From assembly GCA_051294905.1 (NCBI GenBank), contig CM119373.1, positions 1,924,001 through 1,988,000 of the forward strand: a DNA stretch of 64,000 bases, read 5' to 3'. The DNA comes from Botryllus schlosseri. Taxonomy: Eukaryota. The notes under the pieces are model-generated. The model worked only from the letters and a program-made list of their open reading frames with translations. It searched no databases and was not told the DNA's origin. Positions 42,431-56,793 of the stretch are shown one piece after another. Within the stretch, counting starts at the first letter, position 1. Every line of letters starts with the position of its first letter. The position numbers and the translations under genes were made by a program.

Positions 42431-43766
42431 CAGTGGTTCTCAACCTTTTTTGACACGCGCCCCCCCCCCCCCCTTGGAGATGGTCAAAAAAATCGCGCCC
42501 CCTGACCCCCCTTGCATTTATCGTCATGTCAAAAAGAGCACATCATCTAATACAGAGGTGGGCAACGTTTTTGATAATCATGACTGCATTTAGATTGCTT
42601 ATGTAGCGTAAGGCCGCATTCCAGGGCATAGCCGCAATGAACGATCTGGACGCAACATTCCTATGGTAAACTGTCCATATCCATCTCCGGTGAACTCCGG
42701 ACTATTCTACTTTTCACAATGGCCTATTGTATGCGCCGAAATCGCGAGTGGCAATGTTATGAATAATTGCCGGGAGGCGCATATTGTCGCGCGGAGCGCG
42801 AAAATTTTTCAGGGCCGCGAACGAATTGTTATTTCTTGCCATTTCCCATTCCGGCTCAGATTAAGAAGGGCGCTACTGCAATAAAATCGAAAAATGAAGT
42901 CGTGTTGAATTGCACGGAGGGCGAAGAAAATTTCAAAAATTGCGGAAAATGCGGGAGTGAATTCGTAATTGCAATTTCCATGTCTACGGCCGCCAACACA
43001 TCCTAATTGATCGAATGAGGCGTCGACGGCCGCTCGAATTCCCTTCTAGGACCGCAGGCTGCCCACCCCTGATCTAATAGTATACATAAGGTATATCTTA
43101 CGTCTATTTTGAATCTGCATTCCAGTTGTTGAGTCTTTTACATTGCTGACAAATTTCTCCAAACTTGTTTGAAAATAACAATAAAACATTGAACAAGACA
43201 TCCATTAATTAATTTCAAGGTAGGTCACCCTGAGACTAATCCTGATGCTGGTAGTGAGTACAGAGAGCAAGGCGTCGTTCTGTCCTGCCAGGCTAAATTT
43301 GATCAGTTTTGAAAATTAATAAAATTGTGTTGATTTATAGCCTAATCGAGGGCGAAACCGTGCAACCTATGTTGCATCTAAGTCTGCCTTAGGTAGTGCA
43401 GTTCACAAGCTACTAACAACAGCTGCCCAGCGCGACAAGCTTTAGGCTACTGTCAAAGCTATGAATCAATGAATGACTTACACGTGGGAATTGCTCTCTA
43501 TATCTCCAAAGAATATCAAAAATTTGCTCAAATGAAGTTGAAATCAGACTATACTCCGTTGAGCGCGGTTGCTAGAGTTTGTATTTTGCAAGCTTTCCTG
43601 AATATGGAATAATTTTCATCTCCATCAATCGTCTTCTCATAATGGATGTGAAACACATGTTCAGACATGTACAATTTATACTGACCTTGTCAATTTCTCG
43701 CGCCCCCCCCCCCCCCCCTATACTGACTTCGTCAATTTCTCGCGCCCCCCAGGTTGAGAACCTCTG
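42431..43766. mobile_element. hAT (Charlie-like) MITE, unit C only
   Basis: TIR CAGTGGTTCTCAACC / GGTTGAGAACCTCTG; perfect TSD ATCTAAGG; empty site near 22915. Confidence 0.9.
42553..43071. mobile_element. Nested hAT-type MITE
   Basis: Ends CAGAGGTGGGCAAC / GCTGCCCACCCCTG; perfect TSD ATCTAATA. Confidence 0.85.
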
Positions 43767-46536
43767 ATCTAAGGTTTTAGTGGTCCGAAACCTAGTGAAT
43801 CATGAAAATAAGTCTGGTGCCCCCCTATTTTAAGGGTGTAGTAAAAACCCAATGTGTAAGTGGTCGAAGTCCGCCTTCCGGTTAGGAATTCACTATAAGA
43901 CCACTCGACTGATCAAGGGTATAATTTTTTTTGCTGTTTTCGGGATCAAATCCAGGTTGTTATAACAACCATCGGGTAAAAACTACGGGCTCATAGCATT
44001 TGGTTCGAGATCGATGGACACATCTCGAATTCTCCTCTACGATTGCCAATACGGTGAATAAAGTTGTATTCGTTTCGTTTTATTGCTTTGTGTGACCACT
44101 TAATCAACTGAGAATGTTGTAGAGACTTGCTCACGTTACATTTAGCGCTGCTATTAAATTCAACATGAATGCGGGTAACAACACTCAGCAGTATCATCCT
44201 TTATGATACGATTACGAAATATTCTGACGACATAATTTTGTAGCTCTCAAATACAAGTATATTTAGTTACTCGTTTTTGCCAGAAAGCTGCAAAACACCT
44301 TTAATGTACAAATGACATCACTCTCGAAAGTTGATCAGTAGCCTTTAGCGCCTTTGCGATTTAGGCACGCAGTGCGCATCAGGATAAAATACCTAGTCAA
44401 AAATATTTTATGTAAAACAACCCGAGCTATCAGTATAAGTATCAATTTATTAATATTTTCATCATTTCAAAACACCACAAAACTTCGATACCATGAAAGG
44501 ATAGGAAGATGTCAAAACTACTTGGAGTATAGCTAGCGTGACGGGGTTGTTATGAAGGGGAATATAGCAATCCAAAAGTACCCCAAATTCATTTTACATG
44601 ATTTAAAATAAACCACTGCATTCATGGAATCATGAGTCGGTGGATATTTCGCGATGAGCGCGACTAAAAACGTTGTGATTTAACAGATTTTGTCGAATGT
44701 TAGTTTGCAATGAGAAACCAGGAATAATCATATGTCCTTACTACACCATCTGCTGCGAGACCATTTTCTTCAGCGCCTCAACCGCGTCCAGAGCCAAGTG
44801 CCCTCTATTTCGCCCCCTGAGCGTTTCCGCCCCTTCAAAATCCAAGTAGCTCCCTGGGAGGCGCTGGAGACAAGGTTAAGAACCACTGATCTAAATCATC
44901 ACGAACTATATTGGTAAAATTACGTCTCCTCCAGCTTCATAAACTGCTCATCTTCGACAGTACAATGCTCCCGGACGCATAGAAGAGTAGCGTACGACCA
45001 GTGTTGCTGATTATAAATTCTGTAGACGGAATTGGGCTCTGAGCTGTCGTAAGAAGTCGTCAGAAACAACATATACAAATGCGCGTGGTCGTGTTCGTGT
45101 AGTTTTTGCGCTATCACGAAGCAACTAACGATCCAGATTAAACGTTTAAATTCTAATCTTTTCCAAGTCTATATCATGGTATCATGCTCAATCTTCTAGA
45201 ATGATAGATACTTTTGTACTCAGCGCTTCTTTGGAAATTGTGTCAATCATCACACCCATCTCTGATCTGAACATATAAAGTGTCATCACCATGTTTTCAT
45301 CTGCTATCACACTAATCGAATTTTTGAATTGTTTTTATGCTCTAATTTTAATTCCAATCTAATTCATGAATTGTTCTTATGCTCTAATTCTAATCTAATT
45401 TATTGTTTTCCTGAAAATGCCTATTTGACCGCGGCATGTTGCAGCGAGTCCATCTCGCAAAGGGATATCCAGAGTCAAGCCGCAATTGCATTACTTACAC
45501 CGTACAGAAATAGTAGTTGTTGTGCGACGAATAATAGCCATACTGGAACAATTGTGACGCTTATCGCCGAATCATGTTATTTGTGCCATGAAAATGAATG
45601 TTGCAATGTTCATTGATCTTTGCCTTTGGAACTCTTTTTGGACTACTTCCAGTCACGTATCTATTCATCATATATCTATCTCGTTTGCATACGACCTCTT
45701 CAGTGTCTTTTGCTGACGATTTTCGAAGCTCGAGTTCAATTATTTAAACTGGGCTTTTCGTACGGCACTGCATACGCAGTGAGTTCAGCTACTAACGATT
45801 CGATATTAGGGCTATCCAGACATGTTGCTAGGTGAAAGACTATCTCATCCTAAAGATTGGCTTTGGGGACGCCCTATAGCCCTAGTTTTCCAAGCGCCTC
45901 GGTGTCGAGTGCACTGTACGTCATGGCAATATCCCTATTCATGCCAGCTGACTCTCCATCGATGGAATGCTGTTGCCTTCGTTGAAGCTATTTCCGCTAT
46001 AGCGAGGAATAGTGTTGTTGAGGACAGACGAATAGGTTTATTTAATACAACAACAATAATTATTTGAAACTGAAATCAATTTTCGCATTTCAAAATGCTT
46101 TATTCGCGTTCTTCCAAATTCATAGATCAGATCGCCAGCCGCAAAATACGACTTCGCGGGCCGCCTATTGATGACCCGGGTATAGTGCAAAACGAGCGAA
46201 GCTTGATATACAGACGTTAACCAATCTCTTTGTTATGAGACTCCACTGTGGTTTGATATGAACTGAACTTTTTGCTGTATTTATTTCTCATTCAGAATTT
46301 CATTCGATTTCCAAGTAGTTTTTCCGAATTCAGTAGCCAAATTCTAATTGTAAGTATAATCTAATTTGAAAATGACTGTGTTAATCTAATTCTAATTGTG
46401 ATCTAATTTGAAAAAAATTGTATAGCTCAAATTATAATTCTAATCTAATTCGGAAATGCTAAAAATTTTCTAGTTGTCCTAGTCTGCCGCGTAAGTGGCG
46501 TCTTATAAAAGCTTATGAGTGGGCCGTGCTGCAGGT

Positions 46537-46734
46537 ATTGTTTGTTTGTTTTGGGGTATTCATGGTGTTTGTCGACTACGATGGTCATTTACACCAGGCC
46601 GACATTCTTTTTATTTTCCGTAACTGCCGACTTATAGCACGGCTCACCTCTAGGCTTTTGTAAGACACCGCTGACGCGGATGAGGTGGCGAGGAGGAGCC
46701 TAGGTAAACCTCCAACACTTGGGTATCGAGATTC
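46537..46734 (-). mobile_element. 5'-truncated SINE inserted antisense into another copy of the same SINE family
   Basis: 13-bp TSD CCGTGCTGCAGGT (46524-46536, 46735-46747); (TTTG)n tail at the left end; reverse-complement match to the SINE body. Confidence 0.8.
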
Positions 46735-47744
46735 CCGTGCTGCAGGTCAGCAGCTACGAAATTTAAATGAAGCACATTGGCCTGGTGTAAATGACCATAG
46801 TAGTCGACAAACCCCATGAATACCTCAAATCAAACAAACAAGCGACTAGAAAGGGAGCATAGAAATACGTCAACTGATATCGTCGTTAGTGCCACTGATT
46901 TAGCGCTCCATAACTGTACTCAACAGGCAAATCATCACAATTTTGCCAATTCCATTGTTCGCGAATAAATTCGTTGCTAGAATATAAACCCTATGATCCG
47001 TGATATGATTTAATGTACTATTATGTATATATGATTGATAATAAAGTATTCAAGTGAAAATACGGACATGTGGCAAAACTTTGAAACGAGTTGACAGATG
47101 GTCGGGCCCGTGAGAAATTTGAAGATTTTAATCCTACCCGAGTAGCCATTTGAGTTTGACAACCGTTCTCTAAGCTTAATTGCGATGACGAGATAGCATA
47201 ATGGTATGATCCACGGCTGCAACACCAATTGGTTGCGGGTTCGAGTCTGACCGAGGTCGCCTCCAGAATTCCCAGCCAAGTGTTAGAGGTTTATATAGGG
47301 CTAGGCTCCACTTCATTCACCAGATCGGCGCTAGCGATTTCTTAAAAAAGGCTAGAAGTGGATTTTGCTATGAGTGCTCTCAATATTGCAGGCCCTGAGT
47401 ATTTTTCTGCACAGCGATCAATGTATATTTTTAAAGTTAGATGCCTCTTGGCTCTGCATTCAGAACAAGTCGTTTTACATGCAATCTAAATTCAAATCAT
47501 TGGTAAAACGGAGTATATATTGCACGACATTAAAAGCTGGCGATTTCGTCTATTATAACATTTGAGATCGACCGAGACCGAGTGTCTCATTTCGATTTCC
47601 CAGAAGTGTTTATGAATGCGGGTTGGGCACCGTTTAAACCCTAATACTGCCGTTATCGAGTGATCACATATTAAAATGGCTATCCGGACCACATATTAAA
47701 ATGCTCCATCTCTAGGGTATTGAAAAAATCGGATACAGGTCCAA

Positions 47745-47975
47745 AATATGGCCCTACCTTGGCTAGGTAACGTGTCTAGCCGTTTTGAAAAGCTTATTAA
47801 ATCGGCTGTTCACCGTTGCTATTACAGCGTTAACACGCATGTAGTGTACACGACGAAACCCTTGTTACCCAACTCTCGAAAAGATGTACTTCCTGCCTTT
47901 GATGCAAGTAATGTTGTTTACCAATACAAGTACCACTGTGATAGTAGGTATGTAGGATGTACGACCACTCGCAAT
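47745..47975 (+). mobile_element. Penelope-like retroelement remnant (linker plus start of GIY-YIG endonuclease)
   Basis: Translation LPWLG...KDVLP...SNVVYQYKYHCDSRYVGCTT resembles the PLE LPYxG...KD...VVYxxxCxC..YVGxT signature. Recognised by eye, no search run. Confidence 0.65.
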
Positions 47976-49228
47976 TTGGGTGCGTGTAGTAAGCGGATAA
48001 GAAATAATATAGATAAGTCCGGAGCTCATCGGAAATGGACATGGATCTCTCAATATTGGTAGTTGGCGTCCAGCTAGTTCATCGCGACTAAGCTCTGGGA
48101 TGCTGCCGTAGGCTACATGATTAATCGATATGCAGCCGTGAATAGTAAAAAGGTTGGCGACCCCTTGGAAATGAATTCCAGCTAAGCTTTTCATTTAAGA
48201 GAGCTCGTTTCTCATGCACTTGAAATTAACATCATTCAAACTTTTTTTTATAATGGTGTCGAAGCATATACACTTATACAATCTTCCAGCGATTTCAATA
48301 CCAATTGACAATATATACCAGTATTTTAATAATCTGTAATATGTATTGTGCTGCATCCGGAATATTTCGCGATCGGTATTTTTCGTTACATGTCGCTACA
48401 TCTCTAATCGCAAAACCATGTATTCCAAGGCGCCCATTGTAAAATGCCAACATGTAACAAGGTTTTAGTTATCGCTGGTAACGAAACGACCGGCGAACGG
48501 TCATATTATCAATATCTATTATAGGATAATAACTCATGGTATAAATCTAGCCGACTGAGTGAAGAAAATCGATTTAGTGTTTGATGCTTGACTCATATGT
48601 ACTCGGGATCCAATTTCCTAGTTTTTGATCACCCCGCTGGCCACAGCGTCAATATGGGTATGCAATGTATTTTTAAGTATGTCGTATTTGACGAGGTGAA
48701 ATTGTTCGATTGAAGGTTAACCGAAATAGCAGACTGAGATTCCACAAATATCGTGACATTGTGATTTACTATTTTTTAGCAATTTATGCGTTGCACGAAT
48801 AAAAACCACATTCATAAATATTTGACTAGAACTGTCATTGTACTTGACAGGGAGTACGCATCATTTGTCAAAATTATGAGAAATAGGCAACATAGCCGAA
48901 TCTAGTTTTAAGATATCATATTGATAAGTATAGGCTATTGATTATGTCATTGCCCAAGTCAAAATAAAACAGCGTTGGATTTAACTTCACTGGTGTTACA
49001 GCGGTGGAGCGTAGCACTACGGTATTCACCCTCTTAAATCGGCGATAAAGATATGGATAAAGGGGTCAAAGATGAAACTGACTACACATTCAGGGTGCAA
49101 TAGAATGCTCACTGTTGTTATAACAACTTGCGTCGATAGCGAAACACCGTGTCACGAGCTCAATTCCAATCAGTCGAAGCGGAGTTATTGCCGTCGCAAA
49201 ATTTTGGATTTGAATAAAATAGTATTTA

Positions 49229-50177
49229 CGATTACCAGAGAACCCGTCCCTTGGGGAACCCGTCCCTACCAACTCGGCCCTCGGAGAACCCGGCCCTTGG
49301 AGAACCCGGCCCTCGGGAAATTTTGCATATCAAGCACGCGTGGTCTACTTGTTGTCGTATTTACGGTGTTTTTCGACTACTCTGGACCTCGGAGAATGCG
49401 GCCCGCGAATAATTTTGTATTAAAAATGCAATAAATGTGAAGCCGGCCCTCGGGAAATATTGTATTCACCGGCAACCCTAATATCCCACCTCCACCAACC
49501 CTAATATCCCACCCCCGGCAACCCTAATATCCTAACCCTAACCCTAATATCCTCCCCCAACCCTAATATCCCCCTCCCCCAACCCTAATATCCCCCTCCC
49601 CCAACCCTAATATCCCACCTCCGGCAACCCTAATATCCCACCTCCACCAACCATAATATCCCACCCCCGGCAACCCTAATATCCCACCCCCGGCAACCCT
49701 AATATCCCACCCCCGGCAACCCTAATATCCCACCCCGGCAACCCTAATATCCCATCCCCGGCAACCCTAATATCCCACCCCCGGCAACCCTAATATCCCA
49801 CGCATGCCCTGACCTCCTTACAAGACCGACAAATCAGTTGATAATAACATTATTACTTTATTAATTCATAATAATACTTGTGAATACACTTAATTTCTAA
49901 ATTTCCCGAGGAATATTACTTTTCATTCAGTGTGCATGCCTCTTATTTACTTCGCCTATGCTAAGGTGGGTGTCTGATCTTAATGGCTACTCCAAGTTGT
50001 TTCGACACCCTCCTATCTTTTCATTGTATCGCAGTCTTGTGATGTTTTGAAACGATGAAAATATTAATAAACCTGACTGACTGACTTCACCGAGGGCCGG
50101 GTTCTCCAAGGGCCGGGTTCTCCGAGGGCCGAGTTGGTAGGGACGGGTTCTCCAAGGGACGGGTTCTCCGGCAACCG
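49229..50177. mobile_element. Unclassified TIR element with an internal AACCCTAA-containing minisatellite
   Basis: ~85-bp internally repetitive TIRs (GAGAACCCG(G/T)CCCT units); TATTTA duplicated at 49223-49228 and 50178-50183; internal ~23-bp repeat aaccctaatatcccacccccggc at ~49470-49800. Confidence 0.75.
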
Positions 50178-52111
50178 TATTTACGGTGACCGATTCTTTA
50201 ATCATTTATTACAATTGTGCCCACCGTAAATACTATTTTATGCAAATCCAAATTTGTCGACATCAATCACTACGCTACGGCTGGTTTGAATGGAGCCAAA
50301 TTTGGTGGACATCGTTTCTATCGACAACCTTACAATTTCATGGGTGAACAGAAAATTTTGAATTTTTTTTTAATAATTTTTAAATAATAAATAAAAAAAC
50401 TTTCTTCTCCTGTAGCAATGCGGCTACTGGTTGGAATTGAACCAAATTTGGTGTGTAGGCTTCAATTCGGTAATCTAACAATTTTATCAAGTAGCCAGTA
50501 GAATTTGAAAGAAAAAGTCATTTTTGAACACCCCTACTGTACGGTGTACAGACATTTGCTATTCCCATGCGCATAAGATGAACTATGATTTGATATTAAC
50601 GGGTGTGAGTATACACCATGGCACAAGAGACCTGAACGTACCTCATACTTATACCGCGGTATAAATCGAGTGCAATATTTTAATCCAAATTTTGCATGCA
50701 CTTAGGATATATGACCTCGATCTCATTATGACTCAGGTTTTGTTTTCATGTACCACCCTTTTCGGCCCCTTAGGTGCAAATACACATTATTTTCGCTAAA
50801 AGTGCACTCGAATAAAATATGCATGTTACGCATAAAACGCGTAGTATATTATGCCCATTAGAAATCGGTGTCTACTCTACCAGTTGTAAACCCAAATGTA
50901 CGAACGGGCAGTGCATTCATCGATTCGATATCTCTAAAATTCCATTGTGAGTCAACAAACCTGACTAAAATACGAGGTCACTGCAAATTGGTCGATTGTC
51001 GCTTCATTGCGAAACATTCATTATTTTCAATGAAACATTCTTTCTTTGACGATATAATCAGTGTTTTTCCAAATCGTAACGACCGTAAAAGCATTTCAGC
51101 ACTATTACACGCGGCATTTTTCATTTCATCGCCGATATCCACTAATTGCATATTAATATGAAATTCGCTAAAATATTCATTTATGCGAATGAGAATCTAG
51201 AGTTAGTGATCATTATGCAAAGGTGAATTGCAAAATATGGTCGGAAGTTTCATCGCCCTTATTCTTGAATAGGCAACACAACTGTGAGAAGTCCATCCGT
51301 CTGAAGTATAATTATGCGGTCGTTTTCACAATAAAATATTTTAAATTGATAATAATACAAACATCAAGTCAAGTGTTTAGATGTGCAAATCTGAATTCAT
51401 TAGCTATGAAAATTCTGTAACCGAAAATATATAAAAAGAAACGATATTTATCATGTTCCCAGCTATATTCGGATGAACTCTCGCAACTTTCGTATCTGAT
51501 ATCTTAAATTGGCTCATTAAACAAACGCTCTGTACGAATTCACATTCATATGACGATAATCAACATATGCGACTCGTAGCTTACATTGTCGTAAACTTGC
51601 TTACCTCAACCAGGCCTCTTGTATATAATTTAAATCAAACGAATATCGTTCATACGTTTATAATTGTATATCGTTGATAAGTAGGTGGGTAGGGTATTGA
51701 ACTATATCAATTTTAAACATTCTGAGGTTTCGTATGTTGTCCTCTATTTTGGCTGATATTTAAAGACTGGCTACATCGCCATACTTGCGTAGTTGAGCAG
51801 TTCTGCGTATGCGTGAGCGATACAGCGCCTCTTCATTCCATTACTCCTCGCCACTTAATCCGCGTAAGCCGTGACTTGCGCAAAGTCTAGAAGTGGGCCG
51901 TGCTATAAGTCGGCAGTTGACGAATAAATATGAAGAATATTGGCCTGGTGTGAATGGCCGTAGTAGTTGACAAACACCATGAATATCTCAAAACGAACAA
52001 ACAAACTATTTATTCGTTCGTCGATTCCGAATAAATGGGTACTTCATCTGTATTTAAAACAGTTAGCAAAATGTAATGACTTTGAATCATGTCCAGTACG
52101 TTGAAATTTCA

Positions 52112-52356
52112 ACTTGACTTGACTAGTGACTTGACTAGTGACTTGACTCGTGACTTGACTCGTGACTTGACTTGACTTGACTTGACTTGACTTGACTTGA
52201 CTTGACTTGACTTGACTTGACTTGACTTGACTTGACTTGACTTGACTTGACTTGACTTGACTTGACTTGACTTGACTTGACTTGACTTGACTTGACTTGA
52301 CTTGACTTGACTTGACTTGACTTGACTTGACTTGACTTGACTTGACTTGACTTGAC
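52112..52356. repeat. (ACTTG)n microsatellite
   Basis: About 48 pentamer units; a shorter paralogue lies at 63089-63147. Confidence 0.97.
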
Positions 52357-54564
52357 CCGAGTCACCTTTGAAAATCAAGTGACTTGACTTGACTCGAGTC
52401 AAAATGAATTGGCAACAAAACGTTTCCATGAATCTCGACGAAGTCACAAAATCAATGTAAATACAGGCCAATGGCACACAAAGGCAGACAAACGTTTACA
52501 GGGGATCCAAATATAAATAAGCAGTGGGACAGTATTGAATGCTTACACATCGGAATTGTATACTATATTGTTCCACATAATTCCATCGTTAATAATTCAA
52601 CGGTATGAAGTGTATGCTCGAGCAGTATAGCTAACCCGTCGCTTCCACAATTGCATGTCTTAAATTGATATTTATCGAAACTTCAAGTCAAAAATATGGA
52701 TGTGCGAACCTGAATCTAGTAGCTATGAAATTCTAAATCCGATATTGATCGAATGAACCCTGCAAGATTGATATCTGAAATCGGTTCATCAAACAAACGG
52801 TATGTGCGAATTCACAATCGTAATATCGAGAATCAACATCTGTGACTTTTCAGTGTCTTCTGATGGGAGTGCAATTCTTCAAAAAATATCACAAACCATA
52901 ACGTATTCTTTATTGCAGTCTTACCATAGCGGTACCCTATATAAAAAGATTGATGTGGCAATTATACAATTCATTTTTTATGTCGAAACAATAATACACC
53001 GTGTCGACCGGCACTGATATCTTAATGTCTAATATAATGAAAATCGAAACCACTAAGAATAATATTGTTAAAATTTCGTCTCCACCAGCTTCAGAAACTG
53101 CCCATCTTCGACAGTACACTACTCCCGGGTTCTTATTATGACGTGGCGGAAATTGCAAAAGCCACCAAATGCGCCGAAGTGTGTGTACCGAACCCAATTC
53201 CAACGTCCACGTTTACGGTTTAATCTCTTGTATTCTTACCAACGCACACTCGGGGTCAACATCCAGTTACGACTAAAAAGAGTGGTGGGATAGCGTAGTG
53301 GTGTAATCCACTGCTGCAACACCTATGGGTTACTGGTGCGAGTGCGACCAATTTCGACTCTAGAATTCCTAATTAAGTGTTGGAGGTTTAGCTAGGCTCC
53401 TCCTCGCCATCTCATACGCGTAACAGACTTGGACAACTAGATAATTCTAGTTGTCTAATTTCACTAAATTAGAGCGAAATAGCAGTAATCGAATTCTAAG
53501 CTAATTTATAAAATTTTCTATGCTCCAATTCTAATTCTAATTCTGATTCTAATCTAAATTGAGAAAAGTTCTTATACTCTAATTTTAATTCTAATCTAAT
53601 TCATTGTTTTCCTGAAAATGCCTATTTGACTGCGGCATGTTGCCGCGAGTCCCTCTCGTACAGGGAAGTCCAGAGCCAAGACGCCATCGCATTACTTGCA
53701 CCGTACAGAAATAGTAGTTATTGTGCGACGAATAAGAGCCATACTGGCATAGTAGCTTGTTTGTTGGTTTTCTTGAACAATTGCGAGGCTTATTGAATAA
53801 GCATGTTATATGCGCCATGATAAGAAATGTTGCAATGTTCATTGATCTTTGCCTTATGAACTCTTTTCGGACTACTTCCAGTCACACACCCATTCATCAT
53901 TGATATCCATCTCGTTTGCATACGACCTCGTCAGTGTCTTTTACCGACGATTTTCGAAACTCGACTTTAATTGATCAATCTGGGCTTTTCTTACGGCACT
54001 GCATACGCAGTGACGTCAGCTACTAACGATTCGATATTCGGGCAAGCCAGACATGTTGCTAGATGAAAGACTATCTCATCCTAAAGATTGGCTGTGGGGA
54101 CACCCTAGCCCGTTTTCCAAGCGTTTCGGCGTCGCGTGCATTCTACGTCATGGCAATATGCCTATTCATACCAGCTGACTCTCCGTCGATGGAATGCTGA
54201 TGCCTCCGTTGAAGCTATTTTCGCTATAGCGAGGAATAGTGTTGTTCAGGACAGACGAATAAGTTTATTTAAAACTACAACAATAATAATTTGAAACTGA
54301 AATCATTTTCGCATTTCAAAATGCTTTATTCGCGTTCTTCCAAATTAACAGATCAGATCGCCGGCCGCAAAATACAACCTCGCGGGCCGCCTGTTGATGG
54401 CCCCTGGTATTGTGCAAAACGAGCAAAGCTTGATATACGGACGTTAACCAATCTCTTTGTTATGAGACTCCATTGTGATTTGATATGAACTGAACTTTTT
54501 ACTGCATTTATTTCTCATTCAAATTTTCATTCGATTTCCAAGTTTTTCCGAATTCAAATTCTGA

Positions 54565-55300
54565 TGCTAATTATAATCTAATTTCGAAAAATTGTATAGC
54601 TCTAATTCTAATTCTAATCTAATTTGGAAAAAGCTGTGTAGATGTAATTCTAATTCTATTATAATCTGGAAAAAAAGCTGTGTAGATTTAATTCTAATTT
54701 TAATATAATTTGGAAAATATGCATAGCTCTAATTATAATTCTAATATAATTTGGAAAAAGCTGTGTAGATCTAATTCTAATTCTAATCTAATTTGGAAAA
54801 AGCTGTGTAGATTTAATTCTAATTTCAATCTAATTTGGAAAAATTGTATAGCTCTAATTATAATTATAATCTAATTTGGAAAAAGCTGTGTATATCTAAT
54901 TCTAATTCTAATCTAATTTGGAAATAACTGTGTTGATCTAATTCTAATTCTATTCTAATCTGAAAAAAAGCTGTGTAGCTTTATTTCTAATTTGAATCTA
55001 ATTTGAAAAAATTGTATAGCTCAAATTATAATTATAATCTAATTTGGAAAAAGCTGTGTAGATCTAATTCTAATTCTAATCTAATTTGAAAATAACTGTG
55101 TTGATCTAATTCTAATTCTATTCTAATCTGAAAAAAAGCTGTTTAGCATTATTTCTAATTTGAATCTAATTTGGAAAAATTGTATAGATCTAATTCTAAT
55201 TCTAATCTAATTTGGAAAAAGCTGTGTAGATCTAATTCTAATTCTAATCTAATTTGGAAATAACTGTATAGCTCTAATTCTAATTCTAATATAATTTGTA
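54565..55300. repeat. ~42-bp AT-rich minisatellite
   Basis: Unit tctaattctaattctaatctaatttggaaaaagctgtgtaga, roughly 17 copies; only ~3 copies at the paralogous sites ~35570-35680 and ~46345-46460. Confidence 0.9.
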
Positions 55301-56793
55301 AAAGCTTAAAAATTCTTAGTTGTCCAAGTAAGCGGTGTCATATAAAAGCATGAGTGGGCCTTGCAGCAAGTCAGCAGCTACGGATTTTAAATGAAGCACA
55401 TTGGCCCGGTGTAAATGACCATAGTATTCGACAAATCCCAAGATTACCTCAAAACAAACAAACAAGCGACTAAAAAGGGAGCATAAAAATACGCCAACTT
55501 CTATCGTCGTTACTGCCACTGATTTAGCGATCCATAACTGTACTCAACAGGCAAATCATCGCATTTTTGCCAATTTCATTGTTCGCGAATAAAGTCGTTG
55601 CTAGAATATAAACCCTATGATCCGTGATATGTTCTAATGTACTATTATGTATGTATATAATGATAGATAATAAAGTATTCAAGTGAAAATACGGACATGT
55701 GACAAAATCTTGAAATGAGTTGACTGATGGTCCGGCCTGTGAGAGATTTGAAGGTTTGAATCCGACTCGCGTCGCCTTTTCAGATGCACAATCCTGCTCT
55801 AAGCTGAATCGCCATGACGAGATAGCATAATGGTATGATCCACGGCTGTAACACCAATTGGTTGCGGGTTCGATGCTGACCGAGGTCGACTCCCGAATTC
55901 CCAGCCAAGTGTTACAGATTTATCTAGGGCTATGCTCCTATTTATTCACCAGATCAGCGGTAGTGGTTTCTTAAAAAAGCCTAGAAGTGGATCGTGCTAT
56001 GAGTGCTCTCAATTTCGCAGGCCCTGAGTATCTTCTGCACAGCGATCAGTGTATATTTTTATAATTGAATGCCTCTTGGCTTTGCATTCAGGACAGTTTG
56101 TTTTACATGCAATCGAAATTTGAATCATTGGTAAAACAGAGTATATATTGCACGACATTAATATTGCACACATTGTCTATTATAATATTTGAGATTCTAT
56201 ATAGTTGCTGAGTGACGTAAAGACCGAGTGAGTGTCTCACTTCGATTTCCCAAAAGTGTTTATGAATACTGGCTGAGTGCCGTAGAAACCCTATAGTACT
56301 GTCTTTATTGAGTGATCATTAGTAAATTAGTAATCATAAAAACTGCATAACGGTATGCTTTAAAGTTGCCAAACACAGTAGACCAGCCGTCTCCGTGGAT
56401 TCAATCGGACAGATTTACTTGCCGACATCCTGATGGCGACCACTTTTTGAAGGAGGAATAGATTGCTATTATTCCAGTTAACAGAATTCAACGTCGAAAT
56501 CAGCCAACACATATTTTACTCAGAGGACCGAGTTTCCAAATAATGTCAGCCAAATAGCTCATAGGTAATTTTACAAATTTCTGTTGTGTTTGAGTGTATG
56601 CGATCAAATGAAATCTAGACTATTCTACTCGACTCGAAGATCAATTCTCGTTTCGAAATCGTATCTTCCGAGCCCTCGATTTCGCCCAGTCACAGTTGCA
56701 AGATTATGGTATTTTAAAGTCTACTGACAGTAATTTCGATTTCATTTTCGAAGCATAATAAAAGTCATTTTATCCGATATTTGATCATTTTAG

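Noticed and set aside
49470..49800. Telomere or interstitial telomeric array
   Set aside because: AACCCTAA is embedded in a ~23-bp unit inside a TIR element; it is not a pure (TTAGGG)n tract.
52109..52477. VKSSQ-repeat protein ORFs (also 63086-63268)
   Set aside because: Artefact of the (ACTTG)n microsatellite.
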